DNA of 64,000 nucleotides, from NCBI RefSeq assembly GCF_001194135.2, contig NC_068987.1:90315470-90379469 (forward strand), given 5' to 3'. The notes under the pieces are model-generated. The model had not been told where the DNA came from. It searched no databases and saw only the letters and a list, made by a program, of their open reading frames with translations. The DNA comes from Octopus bimaculoides. Taxonomy: Eukaryota. Within the stretch, counting starts at the first letter, position 1; each line of letters opens with the position of its first letter. Below are positions 25,436 through 38,832 of the stretch, in pieces. Position numbers and translations under genes: made by a program.

Positions 25436-26142
25436 TCTGCTGCTTTTTTTTTTATTGTATTTGTTTTCTTCCCCAGCTCTCCAAAGACCTTTGCAACGCA
25501 TCTCACTTTATAACACGAAATCCTGTAACACAAGATTAATTTTCATGTTACAGCAAGATTTGTTAGGAACACACTATTTCGGTAATGCAAGGTGTTCCGG
25601 TACTTGCCTATGTTCACCTTTCCGCTGACATTTTGTAGTGAAATGGACAGGATACTAACTCTATATCACTTTCAGACGACGCAGTTGTCAAGTGCAGATA
25701 CATTCAGAATGCTAATTGAAATATACTCATAATATGTAAGCATGAAACAGAAATTGATTTCTGCTAATTGATGTCATGAAACCAATACCATTCCTTAGAA
25801 GCCTCTATGAGATTTTTTGAAACATTTACAGTTTGCAAAATTGTAAGAACCAACTACAAATAAACATTACTCTAACCTCACACTTGAGTCGATTTTACAA
25901 AGTGGCTGCTCTTTCTAGCCTCTTGTATATAAATATATACTTACAGAACCATTCGAGCCCACAGTAGCATGAAAAGATGGCTTGAAAATTACACAACAGC
26001 AGCAATAATTAATTGAATACAGTTAACAAGGCAGAACACATTAACACTTTTGTTTTTGTTTGTTTTTTTGGTTGGTTAGTGTACTAAGTGACTTGAACTT
26101 TAGAGGTAATACAGTTCTATATTTGAGAGATGAGGAATTATA

Positions 26143-26267
26143 TACATTATTTACATTTGACGGATATTTGTCCTCCTCTTGATGAAAGCTCGAGAGTACA
26201 TCAACCGAAACGTTGTGTTAACAACAAACAAAATGAGGACAAATATCCGTCAAATGTAAATAATGTA
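26143..26267 (+). mobile_element. Palindromic Penelope-type terminal fragment with a decayed hammerhead-like core
   Basis: Perfect 33-bp inverted repeat (26143-26175 / 26235-26267) around TTGATGA-AAGCTCGAGAGTACATCAACC-GAAA-CG-TT-GTGTT. Confidence 0.55.
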
Positions 26268-26793
26268 AATTTAGAGATAATATATAAAAAATGTCAGATT
26301 TTTAATCATTAAACCCATGAAAATATATTATGCAACTGAGCTGATCAAAATATGCAGATAACAGTTGGTCAAGATGTTGCTTGTCTACCTACATGTTACA
26401 GTTTTGGGTTCAAGTCTTACAAGTTGAATTTACTTCTTGTTCTGATGGATGGTGGTCAATTATTTATAAATACTAGTTCAAAAATTAGTATCAGTGATAA
26501 GGATTTAAACTTGGTTTATTATTCCTCTCCTTATAAAATAAAAATCACTTTTTACCTAACCATTACGACTGCTGTTAAGCAATGGTGAGGCTTGTCCACC
26601 ATTTCACTATCGCAGTGGGGGAAATGTGATTGCCAAGGCTCTGACAGACCAGGTCACATGATGATGATGTTTTCACTAGAATTCTTATTTAACTCATAAG
26701 ACTACCTGTATTAACATGCAGACAGGTAGGAGGGGGGGAGTAAAATCTAACATTAAAGTTAGACAAAGAACAAGGAAAGTTTGAAAAAATGCA

Positions 26794-26824
<31 letters not shown>

Positions 26825-27217
26825 TGTATGTATGTATGTATGAAGCTTCAGATATTATTGTTGTTATTGTTGTAGTTGTAAGATTTCTTTGATTTGTCCA
26901 GAAACATTTATCTTTCTGGATTGGCAAACATATTGTTTAAAATTCAGTTTCAATCAACATTCATCAATCAATCTAGCATGAAAGAAACTACAACTATATT
27001 CAGTTTCCTGTTCTTCTAAGAAGTGTTGTATGAAATGTTATTAGTAAATAGATTATACAATAAACCAAAGTTGAAGAAGAAAAAGAAAATGTAAGTTATT
27101 CACTAGGGCAGGGAGTTGGGAGGAGTTACGAAAAAGGAAAAAAATAAATAAATATAATAAAAAACAAAATAAAATTGCACGTTTGTTGTAGTCATCAATA
27201 ATATATTTGAAACATAC

Positions 27218-27277
27218 CCAAGCCTATCCAGTACCTTCGAGTTAGAGAGGGGGGAAACCTCGTAAGACTTGTTCAAA
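27218..27277 (-). CDS. Candidate internal exon (60 nt, phase 2 to 2)
   Basis: Strong acceptor TGTTGCTTTTCTTCCAG and donor TGG/GTATGT. The single open frame is LNKSYEVSPLSNSKVLDRL. Confidence 0.5.
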
Positions 27278-28271
27278 CTGGAAGAAAAGCAACAGAAATT
27301 CACAGTTAAATCAACTGTAGAGGAGGAACAGTTGTGAAAAATCTAAATCTAACATCAAAAGAATCTAAAACTAACATGAAAAGATGTAAAAAAAAAAAAA
27401 AAAAAAGAATTTCAAGTTTAATAAAGGTCTATTTTGGTCAGGCACAATACCAAATTTAGAAAGCGGTAGAGAGAAATTTAGTCAATTGTAGTACCTCAAA
27501 TTGTTAGTAGTAGTAGTAGTAGTAGTAGTATTGTTATCAAAACAATCCAAAACAATCACTATTTGCTATCAGGTGCGTTAAAGATTGCATCTTTGGAAGC
27601 ACCTGTTAATACCTGTAATCTCTGTTTCATTTTGATAGCCACAACTTTTCCCTCCCTAAATCAACAGCAAACATTCTAGAAACAGTTTTTGTTTGATCCA
27701 TATTTTTGATCTTAACCACTTAGTTTGGGCTGGTTTTCATTTTTTTTTTAAAGAAAATCCTTCAAATATTTACTTTACATTCACAAACACACTAAGTAAT
27801 CTTACAGCATACACACACACAGTTTATTGAAATATAAACCACTTTTTAAAAGACAGAGCAAAACCTTGGGTCAGCATACCAAGATTGTTTGCTACGATCT
27901 CCTGTCAGGAAACTAAATTTAACAATCTTTCTTCAAAATATAACTTCTTACATGAGTTTTGCTTCTTTCTACAAAAATTATATAAAATGTTTTACATTCC
28001 AATTCTAATTTTGCTATGTAGTGTATGTTATCAGTGTCACCATGTTGAAAAATCTAAAAATCATCACCTACATATTTACTTTATTCAATGGTGGTGTACA
28101 AAATATGACACCAGACATTATTGCCATGCTTTATTGCTTTAAATGCAATTTTCAGCTTTGTATTTCAATAACCACACTGCATGCATGAATAACTTGTGTT
28201 TCTGTGGGGGTATAATCGCTAAATTTATACCACAGCATATCAAGTCATTGCAGTTTCTATTTTCAAAAAAC

Positions 28272-29493
28272 TATTGGGTCATCCCAAAACTAATGCGGTT
28301 TTTTCAATTGCATGAACTAAAAGTTGGAGGGGAGCAGGATAAACCACCTGCATCAACTTGTTATGAAAGCAGGTAGTAATTTTACATTGGTTTTGTTCTT
28401 AGTGCAAGCTTTAAAGAGTGCAGTTCGATTTTAACAGTCATTTTTTCAAAGCTATAGTGGAAGTGACAAAGGAACATATTTGGCACATTTTGCTTTATGA
28501 GTTCAATAAAGGCAACAACACAATGGAAAGTGCAAGGAATATTAATGCAGTATATGGGGACTGGACAATGAGCGTAAACCAGTGTTAACGGTGGTTCCAG
28601 AAATTCCCAGCCAGAAACTACAGCCTAGAAGACAACCCTCGTGCTGGAAAATCTGTAGAGCTCGACAATGATGTCCTGCAAGCCCTGGTGGAACAAAATC
28701 TCATCATAACTGTTGAGGAACTTGCAGAGAAACTTGGATTGGTCATTCAACCATTCATCAACATCTGCGTGCCATTGGAAAAGTCAGTAAATTGGGTCAA
28801 TGAGTTACTCACAAATTTTCCAAGTGTAATCATGCACATTGAGTGAATGTGTGCTCTTCTTCGCTGTCAAGTCTCATGAATGAACCTTTTTTGGACTGAA
28901 TAAGTGACAGGTGCCGAAGACAGTGGGTAGGAAAAGGAGAAACACTGGCATCCCAGGCTAATGAAAGTCTTCACCCACGTAAGGTGTTGCTATCTGTTTG
29001 GTGGGATATGAAAGGTTTAGTCCACTTTGAACTTATAAACCCAAACCAAACGATAACAAAAGAGATCTACTGCAAGCAGCTTGAGCAGCTTAAGTCAGCG
29101 CTAGAAGAAAAAGTGACCATCTTTGGTTTCAAGACAAAAGGTGTTCTTCCATCAGGATAATGCTCAGCCACATACAGTGAGAAGTTTGAATGAGAAACAA
29201 TGCCCCACCCACTATATTTAGCGGACATTGTCCCATCTGATTATCATTTATTCCACATTTGAATGGAAAAAATATGAATTCTGTAGACAAGGTCAGAACA
29301 ATACTGGAGGAATATTTTTCGTCACGGATAAGTGAATTTTGAAAGAGGGACCTTGCAAATCTACCAGATAGATGGAAGAACATTGTAGAAAATGAAGGGG
29401 AGTATATTTTAGATTAAAAAAGAACTTTGTTTATCTTAATTTTGAAAAATAAAAGTATGAAAAAAAACACATTATTTATGAGATGACCCAATA
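28272..29493 (+). mobile_element. Mariner transposon, near full length (about 1.2 kb), transposase pseudogenized
   Basis: TIRs TA-TTGGGTCATCCCAAAACTAATGCGGTTTTTT and AAAAAAACACATTATTTATGAGATGACCCAA-TA, with TA TSD. Disrupted frames show the mariner motifs LEDNPRAGKS, LLSVWWDMKGLVHFEL, HQDNAQPH and SDYHLF. Confidence 0.9.
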
Positions 29494-29549
29494 TATAGAC
29501 CATACACAGCCTCACAAACGAATTTGGTAAATGGAAACTAGAAGCCCAT

Positions 29550-29580
<31 letters not shown>

Positions 29581-29629
29581 NNNNNNNNNNNNNNNNNNNN
29601 NNNNNNNNNNNNNNNNNNNNNNNNNNNNG

Positions 29630-29697
<68 letters not shown>

Positions 29698-29810
29698 TGT
29701 GTGTGACATTTTATTTTATCTTATCCCAATAGCTGGAAAATAATGTTAGCTTTACCAAGATATTGTGTGCTTTAACATAAGGCAAAAGTTTTTTTTCTTC
29801 AAAAATTGTC

Positions 29811-29889
29811 CCACAAGAGAAAGGAGTTGCTTTATATTGAAGTTCACAAGAGAAAGGAGTTGCTTTATATTCAAGTTCACAAGAGAACT
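29811..29889. repeat. Local 33-bp tandem duplication (2 units plus a partial third)
   Basis: CACAAGAGAAAGGAGTTGCTTTATATT(G/C)AAGTT twice, then CACAAGAGAA. Confidence 0.9.
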
Positions 29890-31270
29890 TTCAAAATATG
29901 AGGCTCTGTGAAGACTTGAACAGAAGACATTTTTCTCTCTTACTTTTTGAAGAGTGTTAAAAAAAGAATTTTGGAGAAAAAATATTCCCAAGTTTACATG
30001 CCATTCTGATTGAAGAGGTACATAACCAAAAACATTGTCTAATCATTTTATTTTCAGCATAAAAATGTTTGGTAATGAACCACAACTCAATTTATCAGAC
30101 ATGGTTGTGTCAGTTGTCAAGAAAGAATTCTTCTCTATCATTTTTTATATTTGTTGAATCTTAAATCTTCTGTTACTATATTTCTTTGTTCCAATCATCA
30201 TCATCATCTGGTGAGGTCAGAGGCCACATGAGACTACATTGACCATTTTGGCATGGTTTCTATGGCTACATGTCCTTCCCAACACTAATCACTCTACAGA
30301 ATGTAGTGGGTGCTTTTTATGTGGCACCAGCACCAACAGGATCGCCAAGTAATTTTCAAGACAAAAAACCCCCCTCAAATGGGGGGTGGGAGTAATAGTA
30401 AGAGGGGGCTTGGTGTCAGTTGACGAGAGATGAGAGGTATAGATGGATAGGGATAGGTGTTCTGCTGTCAATAATTTTTTTAAATAATGAATTATTTAGT
30501 AAAATAACTGCCGTTAATAAGTTGATGTTTGGAATATAAATTATCATGGATACAGACAAACATGAAATTTTGATGGAAGGTTTTAATTTAGATCAGTTCA
30601 AATAAAAGCAAGTTTATATCATAAAACAAAGGGAATTTTCAAAGAAATTTGGTATCAGAAGACTTCATCACATTACGCTTGTATGGGCAAACTAAAACGA
30701 TGAACTGAGACCAAGAGAAATCTATACCAAAGTTTGATAGTGACCAACTCATCATCAAAAGGTAAGTCATACAACGAGAAGCAAAGTAAAAGATCTTCCA
30801 TCATTCACCACACAGTATGTATTTTATTGATTACATTAAATTCTGCCAGGATTGAAATTCTGAACAGCAAGTTGCTTTAAGCAGGGCTTCACTCACTCTC
30901 TCTCTCTCTCTCTCACAAGAAAACGAGCAATACATTAAATTCCACTGTTGGAATGAAAATTTATTATGAAATTGAATTTATAACTGACATAGCAAGGCTC
31001 TAAGAACGACCAAGTTGGTTCTACTTATTTTAGAGAAAATTAGTTTTCAGTATAAGCAAGTCTAGAAACTTCATAAAGAATTTAGTATTTGCTGGAGTAT
31101 ATAAACCAACAATGCTCTGGTTATTTTCCATTAATTTGGGTAAAAGGTATTTTATTTCTTCATGTTCTTCCTTCCAATAAGTACTATCAGTCAAGCTGAA
31201 CATTCTCCAAGAATACCACATTTTAATATAGTGTTCTTAGAGAATGTTCAGCTAGACTGATGTGCAATAC

Positions 31271-31331
31271 CTTTGCCATAGTTGGAGATGTAGAAAGATC
31301 ACTACTGTGACTACTACTGCTGTGGATACTA
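31271..31331 (-). CDS. Candidate internal exon (61 nt, phase 2 to 0), Ser-rich
   Basis: Acceptor GTATTTTTCAATATTCTAG (NAGNAG), donor AAG/GTATTG. Frame SIHSSSSHSSDLSTSPTMAK. Confidence 0.45.
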
Positions 31332-32739
31332 CTAGAATATTGAAAAATACAACGTATTTCCAACTTTTTATAAATGTCAATTTGTGTAAGTTTTAAATGA
31401 AAAACTATAAAACAAATAGAAAAAAAAAATGTTAATGCCAACTCATGCTAATTATGGATGGTGCTTCAGTTAAGTATATCTACCATTTGTCAATATGAAC
31501 TGGTCAAAAGAACCAAGTGTATTGCACTGAAGTCTCATAAATGGTACTAGAATATTAAAACAATGTATAGGAGAGAGCAGAAATGAGAGGACATTAATGA
31601 AACACACAACAACCAATTTTGGCAGAATAAACTTAAAAGGTATTAAATGAGATAATTGCATCTTTTGGTCAATCTGAAAGTGAATACATTTGACAATTTG
31701 AAAATTTCAACTTTTAAATGTGTGTGTATGTGTGTGTGCATGCATGCATAAACCTATTTAATAGACAAAGAAATGCATCAAACTGACCTAAATTCTCTGC
31801 AGATTGACAAAATGCTGATCAGCCTTAATTGATTTTCTACCCTGATAAGAGAATCTCATCAGGTGTCTACATCACGTGACCAATCACAGAGAAATAAGTA
31901 GCCAATCCTTTTATAAGCACATCAAATCATGTGACTCCAGTAAACTGGAGTCACATGATTTCCAAGCAAGGTAATATTTTCCCCTCTGGCTGGACATGTT
32001 TTCATGGCAGATTGGAAATGGATGGGACCACTTGCATGATGATGGCACTCCATCACAGCTATCATATGAGGTCAAGGCAAGGGACCACACACACACAGAC
32101 ACACACACACACACAATTTCCAGCTGACAAATCTATTGATAAAGTTACGGTCAACTGTGGACTACTGCAGAAGATACCTGCTCAGAGTGTCACATAGTGG
32201 CAATGAACCTGAAACCAAATGGTTTGGAAAGCAAATTTCTTGACCACAAAGCCATGCTTGTGCAAAGAGATATATAATTTATTTAAAAAAAAAAGAAAAA
32301 GAAACACTCTTTCTCTGGTTTCTGTCACTGGACTGTGGGCCAAGCTGGAGCAGGGGCTTGAAGATTTTAGTTCAAGATACCAACCAGCACTTACTTATTT
32401 AATAATTAATCAAGATTTATTAAATTGATAAGTCAGATTTTTAACATAAACAGAGGCAACTCAAAACACTGGTTTGCATCCATATACAACATACAGACAT
32501 ACATAGCAGGCTTCTGCATAGTTTCCCTCTACCTGGTGATAGTGGGGCCCAACATTTTAAGTAATCACGACAGCCCTAGATGCCTTCATATTTAAGTGGA
32601 AGAGGGGAAGATGCAATGATATTTTCTTGCTATGCAGAGGGATTTATTTTTCCTGTTGTAGGAGACCAAGACAGACAGGACTTCATTGGATATTTTCAAG
32701 ATTTTGTTCATGGAATCAGTGCAGTTTGTGCTTCAGATG

Positions 32740-32900
32740 TTGAGATTGCATTTGGATAAAGCTTGGTTACAGAAGGAGGAATGAAGAACAGTACCATCTG
32801 CAACGGAGAACGTATTGTTAGAGGTGATGGTGTAAGAAGAAAAATAACTCAGGGGATAAGACCAAACCCTGGAGCACATTAATGTTGATAGAATGTTAGA
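32740..32900 (-). mobile_element. Possible highly decayed non-LTR RT remnant
   Basis: Minus frames give QGLVLSPELF and VADGTVL, resembling PQGSVLSPLLF and YADDT. Weak. Confidence 0.3.
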
Positions 32901-33339
32901 ATGTAGGGGGAAAGAGATCAAACAGTTATCTGTGATATTGCTATCTGAAAGGTTACAGAAGAAGAATCAAGTAAACTAATATAAAATAACAACAACACTA
33001 ATAGTTTACAGATCTGAAATGATTAAAAGACTAATAACAGTAGTTAGTTTTTAAAAATTCATAGGTTTTTGTTAAAAACTAAACCAGTGAAAATATTACA
33101 AAATCCTCAAAAGTAAAGATCAATATGAAATTTCAAAAGCAATATATTATCTAATCAGTTAAAATTTCAAATTCCAACAAAAAAATGGATGACAATTTGT
33201 GGAATTACCATGTCTGTGATGGTTGGTGAAAATATGAAGTTTACATTTCTTAAAAGAAAAAAAAATGAGGAAATATAAAGAAAATAATATTTCTGGCGTA
33301 AACATAATCCTTGAAATATTTGGATAAGATCGTGGCACT

Positions 33340-33720
33340 TCGTCGGTTACGATGATGAGAGTTCCAGTTGATCCGATCAACGGAACAACCTGCTTGTGAA
33401 ATTAACGTGCAAGTGGCTGAGCACTCCACAAACATGTGTACCCTTAACGTAGTTCTTGGGGGAGATTCAGCATGACACAGAGTGTGACAGGGCTGGCCCT
33501 TTGAAATACAGGTACAACAGAAACAGGAAGAAATAGTGAGAGAAATTTGTGGTGAAAGAATACCGCAGGGTTCGCCACCAACCCCTGCCGGAGCCTTGTG
33601 GAGCTTTAGGTGTTTCTGGTCAATAAACACTCACAACGCCTGGTCTGGGAATCAAAACCGCAATCCCATGAACGTGAGTCTGCTGCACTAACCACTGGGC
33701 CATTATGCCTCCACTTTGGA
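33340..33720 (-). mobile_element. tRNA-derived SINE family D
   Basis: Minus strand GGAGGCATAATGGCCCAGTGGTTAGTG...GGTTTTGATTCCC. The body is shared with 39850-40150 (+). Related heads at 48985-49180 (-), 50055-50360 (+) and 11385-11520 (-). Confidence 0.7.
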
Positions 33721-34409
33721 TAAGCTAAAATGCAGAAGAATATGGCATTCATGCATTTCTCCAAGAGCTTTAGCAACTAAAAGTGAAGTGATGCAAATGA
33801 GAAATCTAAATTCCATTCTAGTTTTGGTTTTCTAGAAGCTTACTCATCACCATCATAATTATTTAACACCCACTAACCATGCTGGCATGGGCAGGACAGC
33901 TTCACAAGATCCAGCAAGCTGTAGGGTTACATCAAGTTCCAATGTTTGCTATGAGACGGTTTCTATGGCTGGGTGTCCTTTTTAATGTTGGCAACACTGT
34001 GCACTCCTTTCTTGATTCTGGCAGAAAGTTATGAAATAACTTGCAAGACTGAAAAGGGAAAAACACCCTTGACTAAGGGGCAGGAGGTGGTTTATGCCAG
34101 GTGTTGGAATGTTGAAGTAAGAATAAGGGGACAAGCACAGTTGTCTCACTATAGAGGAGCTATACGGCCCCTACCCGAACATTAAATAAGGCTGAGTGGA
34201 AAATGTAGCACTCCAGTGAAGCAAACAGAAAGTGGTGTGGCCATGGTTACCAAAGCAACTTGACTGATGTTTCAACTTCAAATTTGTACCATAATCACTA
34301 GAGAGAGACAAAGTTCATTTTCCCACCAATACGAAATATTGTAAGTGTATAATATATACATGTGAATGAATCATTAATTATCTGTGCAATACACATACAT
34401 ATGTATTTA

Positions 34410-34870
34410 TGTAGGTGTGGTTTTGAGGTTAAGAAGCTTACTTACTAACCATGGGTTCTCAGGTTCAGTCTCACTGCATGGCATCCTGGGCAAACATCTA
34501 TATAGCCCCAGGCCAACCAAAGCCTTGTGAGTGGATTTCGTAGGCAGAAGCTGTAAGAAGTCCAATGTGTGCATGCGCACATGTGTGTGTGTGTGTGTGT
34601 GTGTGCGTGTGTGTGTGTGCGTGTGCGTGTGTGTGTGTGTGTAGCCTTGTCCTATTACCACATGATTGATGTAAATCAGCATCATCATACAAAGGTTTCT
34701 AGTGTCCCATGGAAAATCATGTCTGGTCATGGGGGGAAATGTTACCTTGCTTTAAAAGAGGTGAGGGTTGGTGACAGGAAAGGCATCTATCTGGGTGTAG
34801 AAAATCTGCCTTAAATTCCATCTGACCGATGCAAGTATAGAAAAGTGGATGTTAATTGATAATGATGATT
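34410..34870 (+). mobile_element. SINE family A head and body followed by an RTE-tail-like segment
   Basis: GTAGGTGTGGTTTTGAGGTTAAGAAG...GGTTCAGTCTCACTGC...(TG)n...AGAAAAGTGGATGTTAA-(GAT)n. Confidence 0.65.
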
Positions 34871-34873
34871 TGT

Positions 34874-34918
<45 letters not shown>

Positions 34919-35743
34919 GGGCATCCAGCTGTAGAAACCAAAGCCAAAAACAAACCATGGAACCTGGTGCAGCCCTCGGCATTGCCAGCTCTTGTCAAGC
35001 TGTCAAACCCATGCCAGCATGGAAAATGGATGCTAAATGACGGTGATGATGATATATACACACACACATGTGTATATACACATATGGATGCGTATACATA
35101 TGCACACATGTATACACAAACACATGCATGCACACATGCAAGCATGTGCACGTGCACACATACTGTGTGGGGTGTTTTTTCTTAGAATTGAAAAAAATTT
35201 AATTCACTTGATATTTCAGGCTCTTTTAGAATTCTGTATTCAAAGTTATTTCATACTTTACAAAGAAATGTTCTGGAAAGGCAGCTTAACCATTAAAAAT
35301 TGCAACCTTTTTCAACCTATCCCTTTCATCTAGTTTATATATAAATATTTTTAGTGCCAAATTATTGTAAACAGCCAAATAAAATTATCTATCTATAGGA
35401 GAAATGACTGACTTCTTACAAAGCCGCAGATTTTAAGGAAAGTGAAAATGAGATTTCGTAATATTCATGCTTTTGTCAAGAATATTTATTACCACTAAGT
35501 AACATGAAATAGCTGCAAACATCAATTGGCACTGTTGAGATATTAGGACACTAACAGCTTATCATTCTGACTATTCTTCGTCAACTGCTGCCAAAGAATA
35601 TATTAAAAACTCTAATGTCAAATGAGAAATGTTTTCGCTCCACACAGCCATCTAAATTTAGTTTTATCCACGACTGAGTTGAATAGCTTTTCGCAAGAAT
35701 TTGAACACTTGCACTCTTGTTCAGAGCAGATCTGTCTCGCACT

Positions 35744-35949
35744 TTAATCCTTTAACATTCCGATAACTTTGTCAAGTGTAATGATTATTTATTCATATTG
35801 CTTTTGTAGCTCTGAGGTTTCATTGTTGTAGTTGCTTATTTTGAGAATGACATTGTAGGGTAGGTTTGAGAGGCCAGAAGTGGCCAGTTTGAACATAAAA
35901 CGTAAAATATTTGAGCTGGATAAGGCTGGTTTAAATGCTAAAGAGTTAA
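35744..35949. mobile_element. piggyBac-like MITE, opposite orientation to 59102-59318
   Basis: Contains TGTCAAGTGTAATGATTATTTATTCA and GTAGGGTAGGTTTGAGAGG (reverse complement of family blocks). Ends TAAATGCTAAAGAGTTAA. Confidence 0.6.
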
Positions 35950-36234
35950 ACACTCGACTGTAACATCATTATAAGAAAGTAATTACATAAGTAAAGTAGA
36001 AGTATTTTAAAACTATTTTCCAGTACATTACCCTTTACTTAAAAGTTTTAAAATACATATATGGCTGCCAAAGACATTTCTTTTTTTTTTTCTTTTTTTT
36101 TTTTGACAACATAAGAATTTAGCAGCTTCAAGAACATGAATTAGTTCTTTATAAGCAAATAAGGCTATAAATAATGGCATATAAATATTGGATTAAAAAC
36201 CCTTTGGATAAGCTTTCAACTTTTTCCATTGGGT

Positions 36235-36845
36235 CTACGGGAATGCATGCAATCGTCACAATGGAAAATGCCTTCATCTCCACGACTGAAGAAGGCATGA
36301 CAAAACCACAGCTCAACCAAGAGAATCTTTTACAGCATCCACAGTATTATGCATTGAGAATTTGTCCCCCTCAGAGCCAGACCATCAGTCAAGAGTTCCA
36401 CTGCAATGATGTTTTGAAGAATTTGAGGGAAGACATCCAGCAAAAGTGATTGGTTCTGTGGAGAGTGAGGATTTAGATTTTTCATGACAAGACGTGGTCA
36501 CTCAGCTCTTCTCACTCATGAGCTTCTTACCCAAAATACATAGTATTGCTTCCGCACCTGTCCCCTATTAGCCAGATCTAGCACCTGCAGACTTCCAGCT
36601 CTTCCCCAAGATGAAAATGCAGCTCAAAGACAATTGTCATTTTAACACTGTTGTTGAGATCAAGAGCAAATCGCAGAAAGTCTTTAACTTTCTTACAGAA
36701 ACGACTTCCAGGCTGGATTCCAAAAGTAACAGGAATGCTGGGACCAGTAAATTGCTGCAAAAGGTGACTATTTCGAAGGCGTAAATAAGTCATTCTTTTT
36801 TTATTAAAACATAACTAGTCTGGGAACTTTTTAATACTACCTTGT
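36235..36845 (+). mobile_element. Second mariner transposase fossil (3' half)
   Basis: Disrupted frames: QSSQWKMPSSPRLKKA, SPDLAPADFQLFPKMKMQLK and AKGDYFEG, i.e. the mariner YSPDLAPxD catalytic region and GxYFE C-terminus. Confidence 0.85.
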
Positions 36846-37979
36846 ATTTCACCATTGATCAGTGTTTAATCCTAAGTCAATTCTAATCAAGAAGGTCAAA
36901 AGCTTTCCAGCCATGGCCATACTATCTTAATTAGTCTAAGATTACATTATTCATGTGTGTTTCCTTTAATAAGCAACAGTATAATTTGCAGGTGATCTGG
37001 CTACTATTTCTAGCAGGTAGAGTGACTATAAAGAGAAGGCTCATTTTATTACTGATTGTAGTTTAACCTCAAGTCAGCACTGACTGACCAGACCTATGAT
37101 TAAAAAGCATTCCACCCATGGCCATCAGGTCTTTTTATTCACAGAATGCTAATGAATGAGTCAGGAATTTTGATAATAATCATGCATATCATAGTCTTTT
37201 AGTAGAGTATTTACTACCTCCTACATCATTTGGTTACTATTCAGTAGAAATCAATATCTGAAACAGCAAACCGGATGTTTCAATGAAGAAAATAAATGAA
37301 TAAATAAACAGAATGGATTTTTGATTGGTTAAAAAATTTTCAATCATCTGAATTAAAAGTCATGAAGTTTATATCTTTTTCACTAGAACTGTGTTACATA
37401 CATGACCAGAATACTTTGTTTTTCTTTTGCTTTTGTTGCTTCTAATTTATTCATTCATTGCTACTAGTAAACATTTCCTCTCTCTCTCTCTCTTTCTTTC
37501 TATGAGGAAGAAGAGTTTGTGTCAAAAAGAAACATAAAACAGACTCGTCTTCCTCCAGTTAAAATAACGGATTCCATTATGCGAGCCATTCTATCACTTG
37601 AACAACACAGTCCTACTTTCTGCACCGCCAGGTCAACAAGTGACCTTGCATGACTTTTTTGAGAAATCCTATGTGCTAATCGAGGAATTTCTAAAGGAGA
37701 TTTCAAAAGTGGTTTTCTATCTCTTTCCTTTAATCATTAGCCAAGATTTATTATTATTATTATTATTATTAAGGTGGTGAGCTAGCAGAAACATTAGCAT
37801 GTGAGGCAAAATTCTGCCAAGCATTTTGTCTGCCTTCGCGTTCAGAGTTCAAATACTGCCAAAGTCAAATTTACCTTTCATCCTTTCGGGGTCGATACAG
37901 TAAGAACCAGTTGAACACTGGGATTGATGTAAATTAACTTACCTCCTTCCCGAAATTACTGGCCTTGTGCCAAAATTCG

Positions 37980-38770
37980 AAATAACCACCACCACCGACA
38001 TCGGTTGTCAAGCGATGGTGGGGGGGGAACAAACACAGACACACAAACATATATATGACAGGCTTCTTTCAGTTTCCGTCTACCAAATCCACTCAAGGCT
38101 TTAGACAGCCCAAGGCTATAGTAGAAGAAACTTGCCCAAAGTGCCACATGGTGGGACTGAACCCAGAACCATGTGGTTGGTAAACAAGCTATTTACCACA
38201 CAGCCACTCCTGCACCTGTGAGTTAACATTCTAAATTTTAAGACAATGCAAAAAATAGCTGTGTGGTTAAGAAGTTCCTGTTTCAACAAAGCTGTTCCAG
38301 GTTCAATCTTAACATGGCCAGATATTTTCTGAGTCTGGGTTGGTCAACACCTTCTGAGTAGAATTTGGTAGAGGAGAACTTCTAAAGTCCATCAAGTATA
38401 TCTTCTATCTTTTACTTGTTGCAGTCATTAGACTGTGGCCATGCTGGGGCAGCACCTTGAAGAAATTTAGTCAAATGAATCAAGTCCAGTACTTAATTGT
38501 TTTGAAGCCTGGTACTTATTTTATTGGTCTCTTTTGCTGAACTGCTAATTTATGGAGACATAAACACACCAACAATGGTTGTCAAGTGGTGTTGGGGTCA
38601 AACACACACACACATGATAGGCTTCTTTCAGTTTCTATCTGCCAAATCCACTCACAAGGCTTTGGTCAGTCCAAGGCTATGGTAGAAGACACTTGTCCAA
38701 TGTGCCATGCAGTGGGACTGAACTCAGAACCACGTGGTTGGGAAGCAAACTGCTAACCACACAGCCGTGC
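37980..38770 (-). mobile_element. Cluster of SINE family A copies (minus 37980-38216, plus 38250-38400 decayed, minus 38405-38770)
   Basis: The reverse-complement head CCACACAGCC occurs at about 38196-38205 and 38757-38766 with the family body. A decayed plus-strand head GCTGTGTGGTTAAGAAG lies at about 38258. Confidence 0.75.
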
Positions 38771-38832
38771 ATGCATGTGTGCATGCGTGTGCATGTGTCC
38801 ATGCTTGCACAGGGCTAAAAACTGACGCTTAC

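Noticed and set aside
29811-29889. 33-bp direct repeats as a possible CRISPR array
   Set aside because: Units are contiguous with no spacers, the context is eukaryotic and there are no cas genes; a simple tandem duplication.
31840-31870. GACAC-CTGATGA on the minus strand as another hammerhead
   Set aside because: GAAA is not positioned after helix II, there is no stem III or matching stem I strand, and the CTGATGA is sequestered in a simple hairpin.
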